A stretch of 64,000 bases of DNA, taken from an uncultured Collinsella sp. (GTDB lineage Bacteria; Actinomycetota; Coriobacteriia; Coriobacteriales; Coriobacteriaceae). The stretch spans positions 25,702-89,701 of the forward strand of contig CAMQHT010000002.1 of the NCBI GenBank assembly GCA_947001705.1, given 5' to 3'. Both the position numbers and the translations under genes were made by a program. Within the stretch, counting starts at the first letter, position 1. The number at the start of each line of letters is the position of its first letter. This document shows positions 38,628-47,435 of the stretch, one piece after another. The notes beneath the pieces were generated by a model that was not told where the DNA came from, ran no database searches, and saw only the letters and a list, made by a program, of their open reading frames with translations.

Positions 38628-40451
38628 ATGGCAAAGGGATCAAAAAAGGAAGGCGGCGGTATCGGCGAGCTGCTTGCATATGCCGGCGACCGTAAATTCC
38701 TAACATATTTGGGCATGGCCCTCTCGGCGCTCTCGCAGCTGCTGAGCTTTGGCCCGTACGTGTGCATTTGGCTTGTCGCGCGCGATCTGATCGCCGTGGC
38801 ACCTAACTGGAGCGAAGCCTGCGGCATCGCGACGTATGGCTGGTGGGCCGTGGGGTTTGCGCTGGCAAGCATCGTGGTCTATTTCGTGGGGCTCATGTGC
38901 ACGCACCTGTCTGCGTTTCGCTGCGCGTCCAATATTCGCAAGACTACGAGCGAGCACCTGCTTAAGCTGCCGCTTGGCTACTTTAACACACACGCCACCG
39001 GTGAGCTGCGCCGTATCGTAGACGGATGCGCCGCTTCCACAGAGACTTTGCTCGCACACATGCTGCCCGATATCGCAGGCGCCGCCGCCATGGTCGTGGG
39101 CTTGCTCGTGCTGCTTTTCGCCCTCGATTGGCGCTTGGGCGCGGCATGCCTCATTTCGGTGGCCGTTTCGTTTTGCGCCATGGCCACCATGATGAGCGGC
39201 AAGGGCGCCGAGTTTATGAAGGCCTACATGGGCGCGCTGGTCAAGATGAACAAGACCGGCACCGAATACGTGCGCGGCATCCCCGTGGTCAAGGTGTTCC
39301 AGCAGACGGTCTACTCCTTTAAGGCGTTCCACGACGCGATCGCCGAATACGCCGACATGGCGCAAAACTATGCGGGCACGTTCTGCCGAGGCCCGCAGGT
39401 GCTCAACCTTACCGCGCTCAATGGTCTTGTGACATTCCTGTTGCCCGTGGCGTTGCTGTTGGCGCCGGGCGAGACGGACTTCGCGCATTTTATGGCCAAC
39501 TTCACGTTTTACGCGATATTTTCGGCCGTGGTGCCGACGGCCATGACCAAGCTCATGTTTGTGGGCGAGGCCTCTCAGATGAGTGCCGATTCGCTGGCTC
39601 GCATTCGAAGCGTCATGGATTCCAAGCAGCTCTCCGTGCCTGCCCAGCCCAAGCACCCCGCCGGCGGCGACGTGCGATTTGAGGACGTGAGCTTTACCTA
39701 CGAGGGTGCCGAGGCACCTGCCGTCAACCATGTGAGCTTTAGCGTTTCTGCAGGTAGCACCCTCGCGTTGGTGGGTCCCTCTGGCGGCGGTAAGTCAACC
39801 TGTGCCAGTCTGATCCCGCGTTTTTGGGATGTTTCCGCAGGTCGTGTGCTCGTAGGCGGTGTAGACGTTCGCGACATGGATCCGCACGAGCTTATGGACC
39901 AGGTCGCCTTTGTGTTTCAGACCAACCAGCTGTTCCGGCAAACACTTGCCGATAACGTGCGTGCCTCCAAGCCTACAGCTACTGACGACGAAGTGCGCGC
40001 GGCCCTCTCCGCGGCCCAGTGCGACGATATCGTGGCCAAGCTCCCGCAGGGCATCGACACCATGCTCGGCGCCGGCGGGGCGTACCTTTCGGGCGGCGAG
40101 GTCCAGCGCGTGGCACTCGCCCGCGCAATCCTTAAGGACGCGCCCATCGTGGTGCTCGATGAGGCCACAGCGTTTGCCGACCCCGAGAACGAGGCGCTCA
40201 TCCAGCGTGCCTTTAGCAAACTGGCGGCGGGTCGCACAGTCATTATGATCGCGCACCGGCTTTCGACCGTGGTGGGGGCCGACAAGATCGTGGTGCTCAA
40301 CCAAGGTAGCGTGCAGGAGACTGGCACCCATGCCGAGTTGCTGTCCCAAGAGGGTCTGTATGCCAAGATGTGGGCCGAATACGAACAGGCCGCGAGCTGG
40401 AAGATCACCGCTGCCGCGGATGCCGCCGTCACGAAGGGAGGCGAGGCCTAA
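38628..40451 (+). CDS. ABC transporter TMD+NBD (IrtA/YbtP-like)
   Basis: GPSGGGKST, LSGGEVQR, LDEATAFADPENE, IAHRLST; the AFADPENE signature is typical of this subfamily. Confidence 0.88.
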   Translation: MAKGSKKEGGGIGELLAYAGDRKFLTYLGMALSALSQLLSFGPYVCIWLVARDLIAVAPNWSEACGIATYGWWAVGFALASIVVYFVGLMCTHLSAFRCASNIRKTTSEHLLKLPLGYFNTHATGELRRIVDGCAASTETLLAHMLPDIAGAAAMVVGLLVLLFALDWRLGAACLISVAVSFCAMATMMSGKGAEFMKAYMGALVKMNKTGTEYVRGIPVVKVFQQTVYSFKAFHDAIAEYADMAQNYAGTFCRGPQVLNLTALNGLVTFLLPVALLLAPGETDFAHFMANFTFYAIFSAVVPTAMTKLMFVGEASQMSADSLARIRSVMDSKQLSVPAQPKHPAGGDVRFEDVSFTYEGAEAPAVNHVSFSVSAGSTLALVGPSGGGKSTCASLIPRFWDVSAGRVLVGGVDVRDMDPHELMDQVAFVFQTNQLFRQTLADNVRASKPTATDDEVRAALSAAQCDDIVAKLPQGIDTMLGAGGAYLSGGEVQRVALARAILKDAPIVVLDEATAFADPENEALIQRAFSKLAAGRTVIMIAHRLSTVVGADKIVVLNQGSVQETGTHAELLSQEGLYAKMWAEYEQAASWKITAAADAAVTKGGEA

Positions 40452-42209
40452 ATGTTCGCCTCATTCCAAAAGAAGTACTTCCTATCCGATAAAGGCGTCG
40501 CCGGCGTAAAACGCGGCATTTTCTGGACCGCGCTCACTAATCTCATTACCATGGCCGGCATGGGCTTATTGTTCCTGGTCATGGCCGGTTTTGTCGAACA
40601 TCTCGCCACCGGTGCCGACCTGCCGGATGCCCTGCCGATTGTGGGCGGCCTCCTGGTCTTTTTCGTGTTGCTCTTTGCCTCTAACTGGCAGCAGTATTAC
40701 TACACCTACTGCATCTTTTACGAGGAGTGCGGCAAGCAGCGTATGGAGATCGCCGAGCGCTTGCGCAAGCTGCCGCTGTCGTTTTTTGGCCGTCGTGATC
40801 TAGCCGATTTAACCGAGACCATTATGGGCGACGTCCAGGCCATGGAGCACGCCTACAGCCACGTGCTGGGAGAGCTTTGGGGTGCCATCATCGCAAGCGC
40901 CATTGTGTTCGTGGCGTCGCTGTTCTTTTGCTGGCAGCTGGCGATCGCGGCGTTTTGGAGCGTGCCCGTGGCCTTTGCCGTGCTGTATCTGACACGCGGC
41001 CCCATGACCCCGGTGTTCGACCATGTGCGCGCCGAGAAGGTCAAGGTTACCGAGGCGATCCAGGAGACGCTTGACTGCGTGCGCGAGATCCGCGCCACCA
41101 ACCAGGAGGCTCATTATCTTGAGGGGCTCAACGCCGTGATCGATGCCGAGGAGCGCGAGACCACCAAGGGCGAGCTCGCCAATGGGCTTTTGGTCAACTC
41201 CGCCTTTGCCATCCTGCGCCTGGGGATTGCCACCACGTTGGTCACGGGCGCTGCGATGGTCGCCTCCGGCCAGGTCGACTTTTTGATGATGTTTGCCTTC
41301 CTGCTTATGGTGAGCCGCATCTATGCGCCCTTTGATCAGGCGCTGATGCTGATGTCCGAGCTGTTTGCCGCCGAGTCGTCGGCCAAGCGCATGCGTTCCA
41401 TCATGGAAGAGCCCGTGGCGCGGGGCAGCGAGCAGTTTGAGCCCGTAGGCCACGATGTGGTGTTCGATCATGTGGCATTTGGCTATGGTGCGGGCGAGGA
41501 CGGCCGCGCCGGCGAGAAAGTTCTTACCGATGTGAGCTTTACCGCCAAGGAAGGCGAGGTCACGGCACTGGTCGGTCCTTCGGGCTCCGGTAAGTCCACG
41601 GTGAGCCGCCTGGCCGCGCGCTTTTGGGACGCCACCGAAGGCACGGTCACCGTGGGCGGCGTGGATGTTGCGAGCGTGGATCCCGAGGTGTTGCTGCGCG
41701 ACTACGCCATTGTGTTCCAAGACGTGCTGCTCTTTGACGACACGGTGATGGGAAACATCCGCCTCGGGCGTCGTGGCGCCACCGATGAGCAAGTGCTTGC
41801 GGCTGCGCGTGCCGCCAACTGCGACGAGTTTGTGAGCCGCATGCCGCAGGGCTACAACACCATGATCGGCGAGAACGGCTCCAAGCTGTCCGGCGGCGAG
41901 CGCCAGCGCATCTCCATCGCCCGTGCGCTGCTCAAAGATGCGCCGATCGTGCTGTTGGACGAGGCGACGGCGAGCTTGGATGTGGAGAACGAGACCGTGG
42001 TTCAGCAGGCGCTCTCCCGTCTGCTTGCAGGTAAGACGGTTATCGTTATTGCCCACCGTATGCGTACGGTGGAAAATGCCGACAAAATCGTTGTACTCAT
42101 GGATGGTGTGGTTGCCGAGCAGGGCACTCCGGCGCAGCTCAAGGCGGCAGGTGGAGAATTCGCCCGCATGGTGGCGCTGCAAAAGGAAGCAGCTACCTGG
42201 CAGTTGTAA
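40452..42209 (+). CDS. ABC transporter TMD+NBD (IrtB/YbtQ-like)
   Basis: GPSGSGKST, LSGGERQRISIAR, LDEATASLDVENE, IAHRMRTV. Confidence 0.88.
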   Translation: MFASFQKKYFLSDKGVAGVKRGIFWTALTNLITMAGMGLLFLVMAGFVEHLATGADLPDALPIVGGLLVFFVLLFASNWQQYYYTYCIFYEECGKQRMEIAERLRKLPLSFFGRRDLADLTETIMGDVQAMEHAYSHVLGELWGAIIASAIVFVASLFFCWQLAIAAFWSVPVAFAVLYLTRGPMTPVFDHVRAEKVKVTEAIQETLDCVREIRATNQEAHYLEGLNAVIDAEERETTKGELANGLLVNSAFAILRLGIATTLVTGAAMVASGQVDFLMMFAFLLMVSRIYAPFDQALMLMSELFAAESSAKRMRSIMEEPVARGSEQFEPVGHDVVFDHVAFGYGAGEDGRAGEKVLTDVSFTAKEGEVTALVGPSGSGKSTVSRLAARFWDATEGTVTVGGVDVASVDPEVLLRDYAIVFQDVLLFDDTVMGNIRLGRRGATDEQVLAAARAANCDEFVSRMPQGYNTMIGENGSKLSGGERQRISIARALLKDAPIVLLDEATASLDVENETVVQQALSRLLAGKTVIVIAHRMRTVENADKIVVLMDGVVAEQGTPAQLKAAGGEFARMVALQKEAATWQL

Positions 42210-42240
42210 GAAGGGGCAAAGGGACAGTCCCTTTGTCACA

Positions 42241-42296
42241 TTGACAATCGGTTACTCCGCATCGTTAATTTTCAAAAGGTTAGCCATGGCTGACCT
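42241..42296 (+). promoter_or_regulatory. Promoter with a DtxR-like palindrome just downstream
   Basis: TTGACA at 42241; aggttagccatggctgacct at 42277-42296. Confidence 0.62.
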
Positions 42297-42404
42297 AGAT
42301 AGTTAGATAAAATTGAGATATTTCAAAAGCGTGCTCGAGCAAACTTGTTTACTCGGGTGCTGAGGCACCATGCCGCGTCCAATGCGGCAAAAGGGAGAGA
42401 CATC

Positions 42405-42650
42405 ATGAAGAAGTCCACGTTCAACACCCTGCTTGTTGGTGGCGGTTTTCTGCTTGGTACGGCTGGCATCAAGCTGCTCACCAGCGCTCCGGTAAAGAAC
42501 GCCTGCGTGCAGGGTATCGCGTGCGGCATGCGCATCAAGAACGGCTACCAGGACATGGTCGAGCAGGCCAAGGCTAATGTCGACGACATGGTTGCCGAGG
42601 CGGCCTACATCACCCAGAGCGAGGCCGCTGCTGACGAGGCAGCAGAGTAA
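42405..42650 (+). CDS. Small membrane protein (DUF6110/DUF1490-like) preceding a P1B ATPase
   Basis: GGFLLGTAGIKLL N-terminal helix and acidic tail; the family is commonly upstream of such ATPases; RBS agggag. Confidence 0.7.
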   Translation: MKKSTFNTLLVGGGFLLGTAGIKLLTSAPVKNACVQGIACGMRIKNGYQDMVEQAKANVDDMVAEAAYITQSEAAADEAAE

Positions 42651-42668
42651 CGCTCCCAGGCACAAACT

Positions 42669-44744
42669 ATGAGATTCTCGATTATCAGCGAGATCCCCGG
42701 CAGGACCCGTCTTCAATTGGCGGGTCCTGTGCCAGAGAGCGATCTCGATGCACTTCTTAAGCTCAGCGGCGATATCGACGGCGTGCACAAGGTACGCGTC
42801 TATGGCCGTATTGGCCAGTTAGCGCTCGAATATGACGAGCCGTGTCGCGATGCCGTGCTGGCCGCCGTCGGTGCGCTCGACGCTCAGGCCATTGCCGACG
42901 CAAAGACGGGTTACGTGATGCAGCTTGAGCCGCGCAAGCACAAGCTCGTTATGGATCTTGCCACGCTTGTCGGCGCCCACTATGCGCGCCGATGGTTTTT
43001 GCCCACGCCCCTGCGTGCGGTGTTTGTCGTGGCCGGTTACATGGCATTTTTGCGCGCTGCCCTTCATGAGCTGGCGCAGCCGCGCCTGACCGTTCCCGTG
43101 CTCGACGCTTCGGCCATCGGCATTTCGTTCGTCAAGCGTGATGTCGACACCGCGGGCCAGACAATGTTCCTGCTCAACGTGGGCGAGCTGCTCGAGGACT
43201 ACACCCGCGCCATGAGCGAAAACGAGCTCATCAACTCGCTGCTCGATGTACCCGACAAGGCGCAAAAGGTCGTCGGCGATACCGAGGTAAGCGTTGCCGC
43301 CACCGAGCTTGAGCCCGGCGACTTGGTGGCCGTGCGCACTGGCATGTCCATTTGCATCGACGGTGTCGTCGAGCAGGGGAGCGCTATGGTCAACCAGGCG
43401 ACCCTGACCGGCGAGCCGCTGGCCGTCGAGCGCAGCGTGGGCGACGACGTGTTCGCCGGTACCGTCGTGGAAGACGGCAGCATCTTGGTGCGCGTGCGCG
43501 CCAACACGGCGCAGACCAAACTGCGCTCGATCGTCTCGCTCGTGCAGACGGCCGACTCGCTCAAGTCCGAGGGCCAGTCGCATATGGAGGACCTCGCCAA
43601 CAAGATCGTCCCGTGGAACTTCCTGCTCGCGGGCCTGGTTGCGCTCACCACGCGCAGCCTTATCAAGACCTCGGCGGCGCTGATGGTCGACTACTCGTGC
43701 GCACTCAAGCTCACGGGTTCCGTCGCCGTCATGACCGCTATGAGCGATGCTGCCAAGATGGGCGTCATGGTCAAGGGCGCAAAGTACTTTGAGTCGTTTG
43801 CCAAGGCCGACACCATTGTGTTTGATAAGACTGGCACGCTCACCGAGGCGCAGCCGCGCCTGGCTTGCGTGCTGACGACCGACGGCTGGAGCGAGGACGA
43901 GGTCCTGCGCCTTTCCGCTTGCTTGGAGGAGCATTTCCCGCATCCGGTGGCGCGTGCCGTGGTCAACGCCGCCCTCGAGCGCGGGCTCGAGCACCGCGAG
44001 CGCCATGCCGCGGTCGAGTACATCGTGGCGCACGGCATCGCTTCGTCCATCGAGGGGCGTCGCGCCATTATCGGTTCGGCGCACTTTATATTTGAGGACG
44101 AGGGTGCGCAGCTCGAGTCCGACATCAAGGAGCAAATCGAGCTCCAGATGCAAGGCCTGTCGCCGCTGTATCTGGCGGTCGACGGCAAGGTCGTCGGCGT
44201 GCTCGGCATCGAGGATCCGCTCAAGCCCGGCGTCCGTGAGGCCATCGCCGACCTACATGCGCTGGGCGTCAAGCATGTCGTTATGCTCACGGGCGATTCG
44301 GAGCGCACGGCCGAGCGCATTGCGCGCGAGGCGGGTGTCGACGAGTTTAAGGCCGAGCTGCTGCCCGAGGACAAGTACGCCTATGTGGAGCGCATTAAGA
44401 GTGAGGGGCGCCACGTTGCCATGGTGGGCGACGGCGTCAACGATTCGCCGGCACTCGGTTTGGCCGACGTGGGGCTGGCAATGGGTGGCGGAAGCGACAT
44501 CGCCAAGGAGGTCGCCGATATCATCCTGACCGACACGGATCTGGCCGCGATCGTGCGTTTGCGCCGCATGAGCCAGGGCCTCATTGATCGTCTGACGAGC
44601 TCCTACTCTAAGGTGATGCTTACCAACTCGGCGCTCCTGGCGCTGGGCATTACCGGCATGATCACTCCGCAGACGTCGTCACTGCTGCACAACGGCTCGA
44701 CGATTGCCTACAGTCTGAGCAACGCGAAGGCTTACCTGCGTTAG
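42669..44744 (+). CDS. P1B-type heavy-metal ATPase with an SCA motif (P1B-6-like, possible Fe)
   Basis: LTGEP, VDYSCALKL, DKTGTLT, HP, GDGVND; no CPC motif. Confidence 0.9.
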   Translation: MRFSIISEIPGRTRLQLAGPVPESDLDALLKLSGDIDGVHKVRVYGRIGQLALEYDEPCRDAVLAAVGALDAQAIADAKTGYVMQLEPRKHKLVMDLATLVGAHYARRWFLPTPLRAVFVVAGYMAFLRAALHELAQPRLTVPVLDASAIGISFVKRDVDTAGQTMFLLNVGELLEDYTRAMSENELINSLLDVPDKAQKVVGDTEVSVAATELEPGDLVAVRTGMSICIDGVVEQGSAMVNQATLTGEPLAVERSVGDDVFAGTVVEDGSILVRVRANTAQTKLRSIVSLVQTADSLKSEGQSHMEDLANKIVPWNFLLAGLVALTTRSLIKTSAALMVDYSCALKLTGSVAVMTAMSDAAKMGVMVKGAKYFESFAKADTIVFDKTGTLTEAQPRLACVLTTDGWSEDEVLRLSACLEEHFPHPVARAVVNAALERGLEHRERHAAVEYIVAHGIASSIEGRRAIIGSAHFIFEDEGAQLESDIKEQIELQMQGLSPLYLAVDGKVVGVLGIEDPLKPGVREAIADLHALGVKHVVMLTGDSERTAERIAREAGVDEFKAELLPEDKYAYVERIKSEGRHVAMVGDGVNDSPALGLADVGLAMGGGSDIAKEVADIILTDTDLAAIVRLRRMSQGLIDRLTSSYSKVMLTNSALLALGITGMITPQTSSLLHNGSTIAYSLSNAKAYLR

Positions 44745-44827
44745 CAGATGTGTTCGCCCACGTTATTTGGCCTGCGCCCAGACGGCATTGGTGTCGTCCG
44801 AGCGCAGGTCTTTTGCATTTGACCATG

Positions 44828-44866
44828 TGCTAGCTTCTTTATATAGTGGTGCTAGCATGGCTAGCA
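44828..44866 (+). promoter_or_regulatory. TGCTAGCA palindromes, probable TA autoregulation operator
   Basis: tgctagc at 44828, tgctagca at 44850, gctagca at 44860. Confidence 0.55.
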
Positions 44867-44905
44867 ATTGAAGGGAGCGGGATCGACGTGGGTGCTGTTA
44901 GTGGC

Positions 44906-45241
44906 ATGGCGCAGGTGAACGTTCGCGTAGATCGCCAGGTCAAGAACCGTGCCGAGGAGGCGCTGCGGCTTTCGGGCGGGTCACTGCCCGAGCTCATCAA
45001 AAAGGTGGTGGCCAAGGTCGCGCAGGGTGGCGGGCAGTGCGAGGAAGTGCTTGCGGCCGTCGACGGCCGGCGGCAGGCCGTCGCGCCCGATACACCGTTC
45101 GCCGCGTCGTGGGCAGCGGCAGACCGGCTTTATGCAGATTTGGGCATCGCTACGTCGCCCGTATCCGACGATCGCGATTGGGACGCAATCTATTCCGACG
45201 CCATGGATGAGCATTATCGCCAAAAGGGGATGATCCTGTGA
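44906..45241 (+). CDS. RHH (RelB/DinJ-like) antitoxin
   Basis: MAQVNVRVDRQVKNRAEEAL ribbon-helix-helix start, acidic C-terminus, stop overlaps the PIN start (GTGA); alternative GTG start at 44888. Confidence 0.75.
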   Translation: MAQVNVRVDRQVKNRAEEALRLSGGSLPELIKKVVAKVAQGGGQCEEVLAAVDGRRQAVAPDTPFAASWAAADRLYADLGIATSPVSDDRDWDAIYSDAMDEHYRQKGMIL

Positions 45242-45753
45242 GTGGGGCGCCTCTCAAGATCATGGTGGACGCCAACGTATGGGTTGATTCGTTTTGCGTC
45301 GACCATGCCGAGTCGATTGCCGCGCGTGCGTTTATTGGGCAGGCGACGGAGATGGGGGCGTTGCTGTTCTTTCCGGTGCATATCGCCAAGGACGTGCTGT
45401 ACGTTGTCCAGCACGAACTGAAGCGTAGCGTTCTTGCCAGCGGGGGAGCGCTCGACGAGGCATCTGCCCGTGCAATTGGCGATGCGGCGTTGGCGTTTGT
45501 TCGGAACATGACCGAAAACGCCACGGCCGTGGGTGCAGATGCGTCGGACCTTTGGCTGGCCGACAAATACTTAGCGCTCCATCGCGATTACGAGGACAAC
45601 TTGGTACTCGCCGCATGCAAACGCGCCCAGGTTGATTACTTGGTGACCAACGATCGAAAACTGCTCGAACATGCCAATCTTGCAGCAAAGACACCTCGTC
45701 AAATGATGCCGATTCTTGCTTTGGCCAAACGCGGCGGCACGGCTATCGGTTGA
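45238..45753 (+). CDS. PIN-domain (VapC-like) toxin
   Basis: IMVDANV, DYEDNLVLA, LVTNDRK acidic PIN motifs. Confidence 0.85.
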   Translation: MSGAPLKIMVDANVWVDSFCVDHAESIAARAFIGQATEMGALLFFPVHIAKDVLYVVQHELKRSVLASGGALDEASARAIGDAALAFVRNMTENATAVGADASDLWLADKYLALHRDYEDNLVLAACKRAQVDYLVTNDRKLLEHANLAAKTPRQMMPILALAKRGGTAIG

Positions 45754-45764
45754 CGCGAGCTGTT

Positions 45765-45803
45765 CGCGGGCCCCTTGGACGACGATGCGCCAAGGGGCCC
45801 GCG
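45765..45803. terminator. Hairpin between convergent genes
   Basis: cgcgggccccttgg...ccaaggggcccgcg. Confidence 0.65.
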
Positions 45804-45811
45804 TCTGCTAT

Positions 45812-46246
45812 TTACAAAAGCTCGGCCTTGATGGTGGGACTTTCTGCGAGCTGCTCGGCTGCCTTTTCGTCGGAGCTGTCGAGTGCTGCCAGACTGCGGT
45901 AGACCCACTCGTTGACCTGGGTGTTCTTGACGCCTGCGGTCTGCATAAGGGCGCCTACCTCGCGGATTGCTGCGAACAGATCGGCCTTGGGACCCGCGAG
46001 CTCGACCTCGATACCGTGGTAGGCGGCCACGCCGCGGTTCTCACTCACGTGGTCGATAAAGCCCTCGACGGTCTCAAGCTGCTGGGCGAGAGTTGCATCA
46101 TCGTCAACGTCCAGCGCGACGAGTGCGTTCGATATCGTGAGGGCGGGATGTCCGCAGGGGACAAAGCCCTCGATGACATCCATAGCTTCGGTAATGGTTG
46201 AGCCCAGGCCTGCGAGGGCATTGACGAGTTGCTGCTTGGTATCCAT
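45812..46246 (-). CDS. Hypothetical alpha-helical protein (144 aa)
   Basis: Host-like codon usage, aaagga RBS, ends at a terminator; no recognised motif. Confidence 0.75.
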   Translation of the reverse strand: MDTKQQLVNALAGLGSTITEAMDVIEGFVPCGHPALTISNALVALDVDDDATLAQQLETVEGFIDHVSENRGVAAYHGIEVELAGPKADLFAAIREVGALMQTAGVKNTQVNEWVYRSLAALDSSDEKAAEQLAESPTIKAELL

Positions 46247-46485
46247 AACGGTCCTTTCGACGGGTCAATTTTGCTTGGCGAAAATATACGTGACGCGATC
46301 GGTAACAAAAGTGCGAAGTGCGGCGCACATTGGGGTCTTCACAGCTCGTGCATAGAACAGCTGTCCGCTTTCAGAACGTGGTAAGATAACACTCCACAAG
46401 CGGGGCTCGCCCCGTATGTTCCTTGAAAAGTCGACGGTTATCGGGTGTTTGCAGGCCCGATACCATCCAGACTTTCCCAACATTC

Positions 46486-46849
46486 GGGGGCGACTGGTTT
46501 CGACACGATAGCTCTGAGAGAGGAAGCAAGCCGAGGTCTCCTCGCCTCGTTAAACAGGGGTACCGTCAAATTGAATTGACAACAACTCTTCTTTTGAGCC
46601 TATGGCTCTCGCTGCTTAATTTATAGCGGCGCGTCAACCCGGTGATTTCCCCGACACCGGCGCGACGTCATTTTAGGGGAATGCTCCTGCGCACGTAATC
46701 GGTATGGCGCAGGCTAAGACCGAACCGGTTAGGACGCCGCGAGCGTGTCGCTGCGCGCAAAGCGTCTGAGACTAAACCAGCGACTGAGCTTGGAGATGCC
46801 AATCAGGGGGCTTTCGTGGACCGGAGTTCGATTCTCCGCGCCTCCACCA
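46486..46849 (+). ncRNA. ssrA: tmRNA; tag peptide (A)DNNSSFEPMALAA
   Basis: 5' GGGGGCG pairs with 3' CGCCTCC-ACCA with G3-U; T-arm ggagttcgattctcc; tag ORF 46578-46619 ends ALAA-stop. Confidence 0.96.
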
Positions 46850-46858
46850 TACGTAACA

Positions 46859-46891
46859 GGCAGGTAGAGAAGTGTCTCTACCTGTCTTTTT
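46859..46891 (+). terminator. ssrA terminator
   Basis: ggcaggtagaga-agtg-tctctacctgtc followed by ttttt. Confidence 0.85.
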
Positions 46892-47116
46892 ATTACTTGC
46901 AGATACCGCGGAGAATCGAACTCTATGCAGGGCGCGGGCGTTAGGAAAACGCGTAAGCGTTTTTAGCCCGCGGGCGAGGACGCCGACAGGCGGCCGAAGC
47001 CGGTGCGTATTTGCGAAGCAAATACGCGGATTCTCCGCGCAAAGCTTCAACCCTATGCAGATGCGATGCCGATCGGACTGCAGCCTGCCATGCCCCGCAT
47101 CAACGTCGCCCCAGGT

Positions 47117-47348
47117 GGAAAATCCATCCCAGAATTCCGGTTCAGACTGGGATGCGGTTTCCGGATGACGTTTCAAGCGGAAACCGCATCCCGGAATCGA
47201 CGCTCGGAATGGGATTCATTTTCCGGATGGCGCCTCAAGCGGAAACTGCAACCCGGAATCCGCGCTCAGAACGGGTCGCGCTTTCCCAACGGCGGTCCAA
47301 ACGGAAAGCGCATCCCGGAATCCGCGTTCAGACCGGGACACACTTTCC
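47117..47348. repeat. Tandem array of about 3.7 palindromic 62-bp units
   Basis: ggaaa at 47117, 47179, 47241, 47303; unit ggaaaNNNNa(t/c)cccggaat..cg.tcaga..ggga....tttcc. Confidence 0.85.
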
Positions 47349-47435
47349 GCTTCACCTGCCGCCTCGAAAAACCTGCGCGCCCTCCATCCCAAAACTGGGT
47401 AGAAGAAGGCCAAAACTCAATCGCAGGAGGTCAAT

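Noticed and set aside
46830-47040. att-site scar at ssrA (gattctccgcgc repeated at about 47029)
   Set aside because: Only 12 nt, lacks the CCA end, is part of a local inverted repeat, the terminator directly follows ssrA, and no integrase is present
47117-47348. CRISPR or TIGR-type guide array
   Set aside because: The inter-repeat segments are conserved rather than unique spacers, the 62-bp unit does not match known guide units, and no cas or Nop-domain gene is nearby
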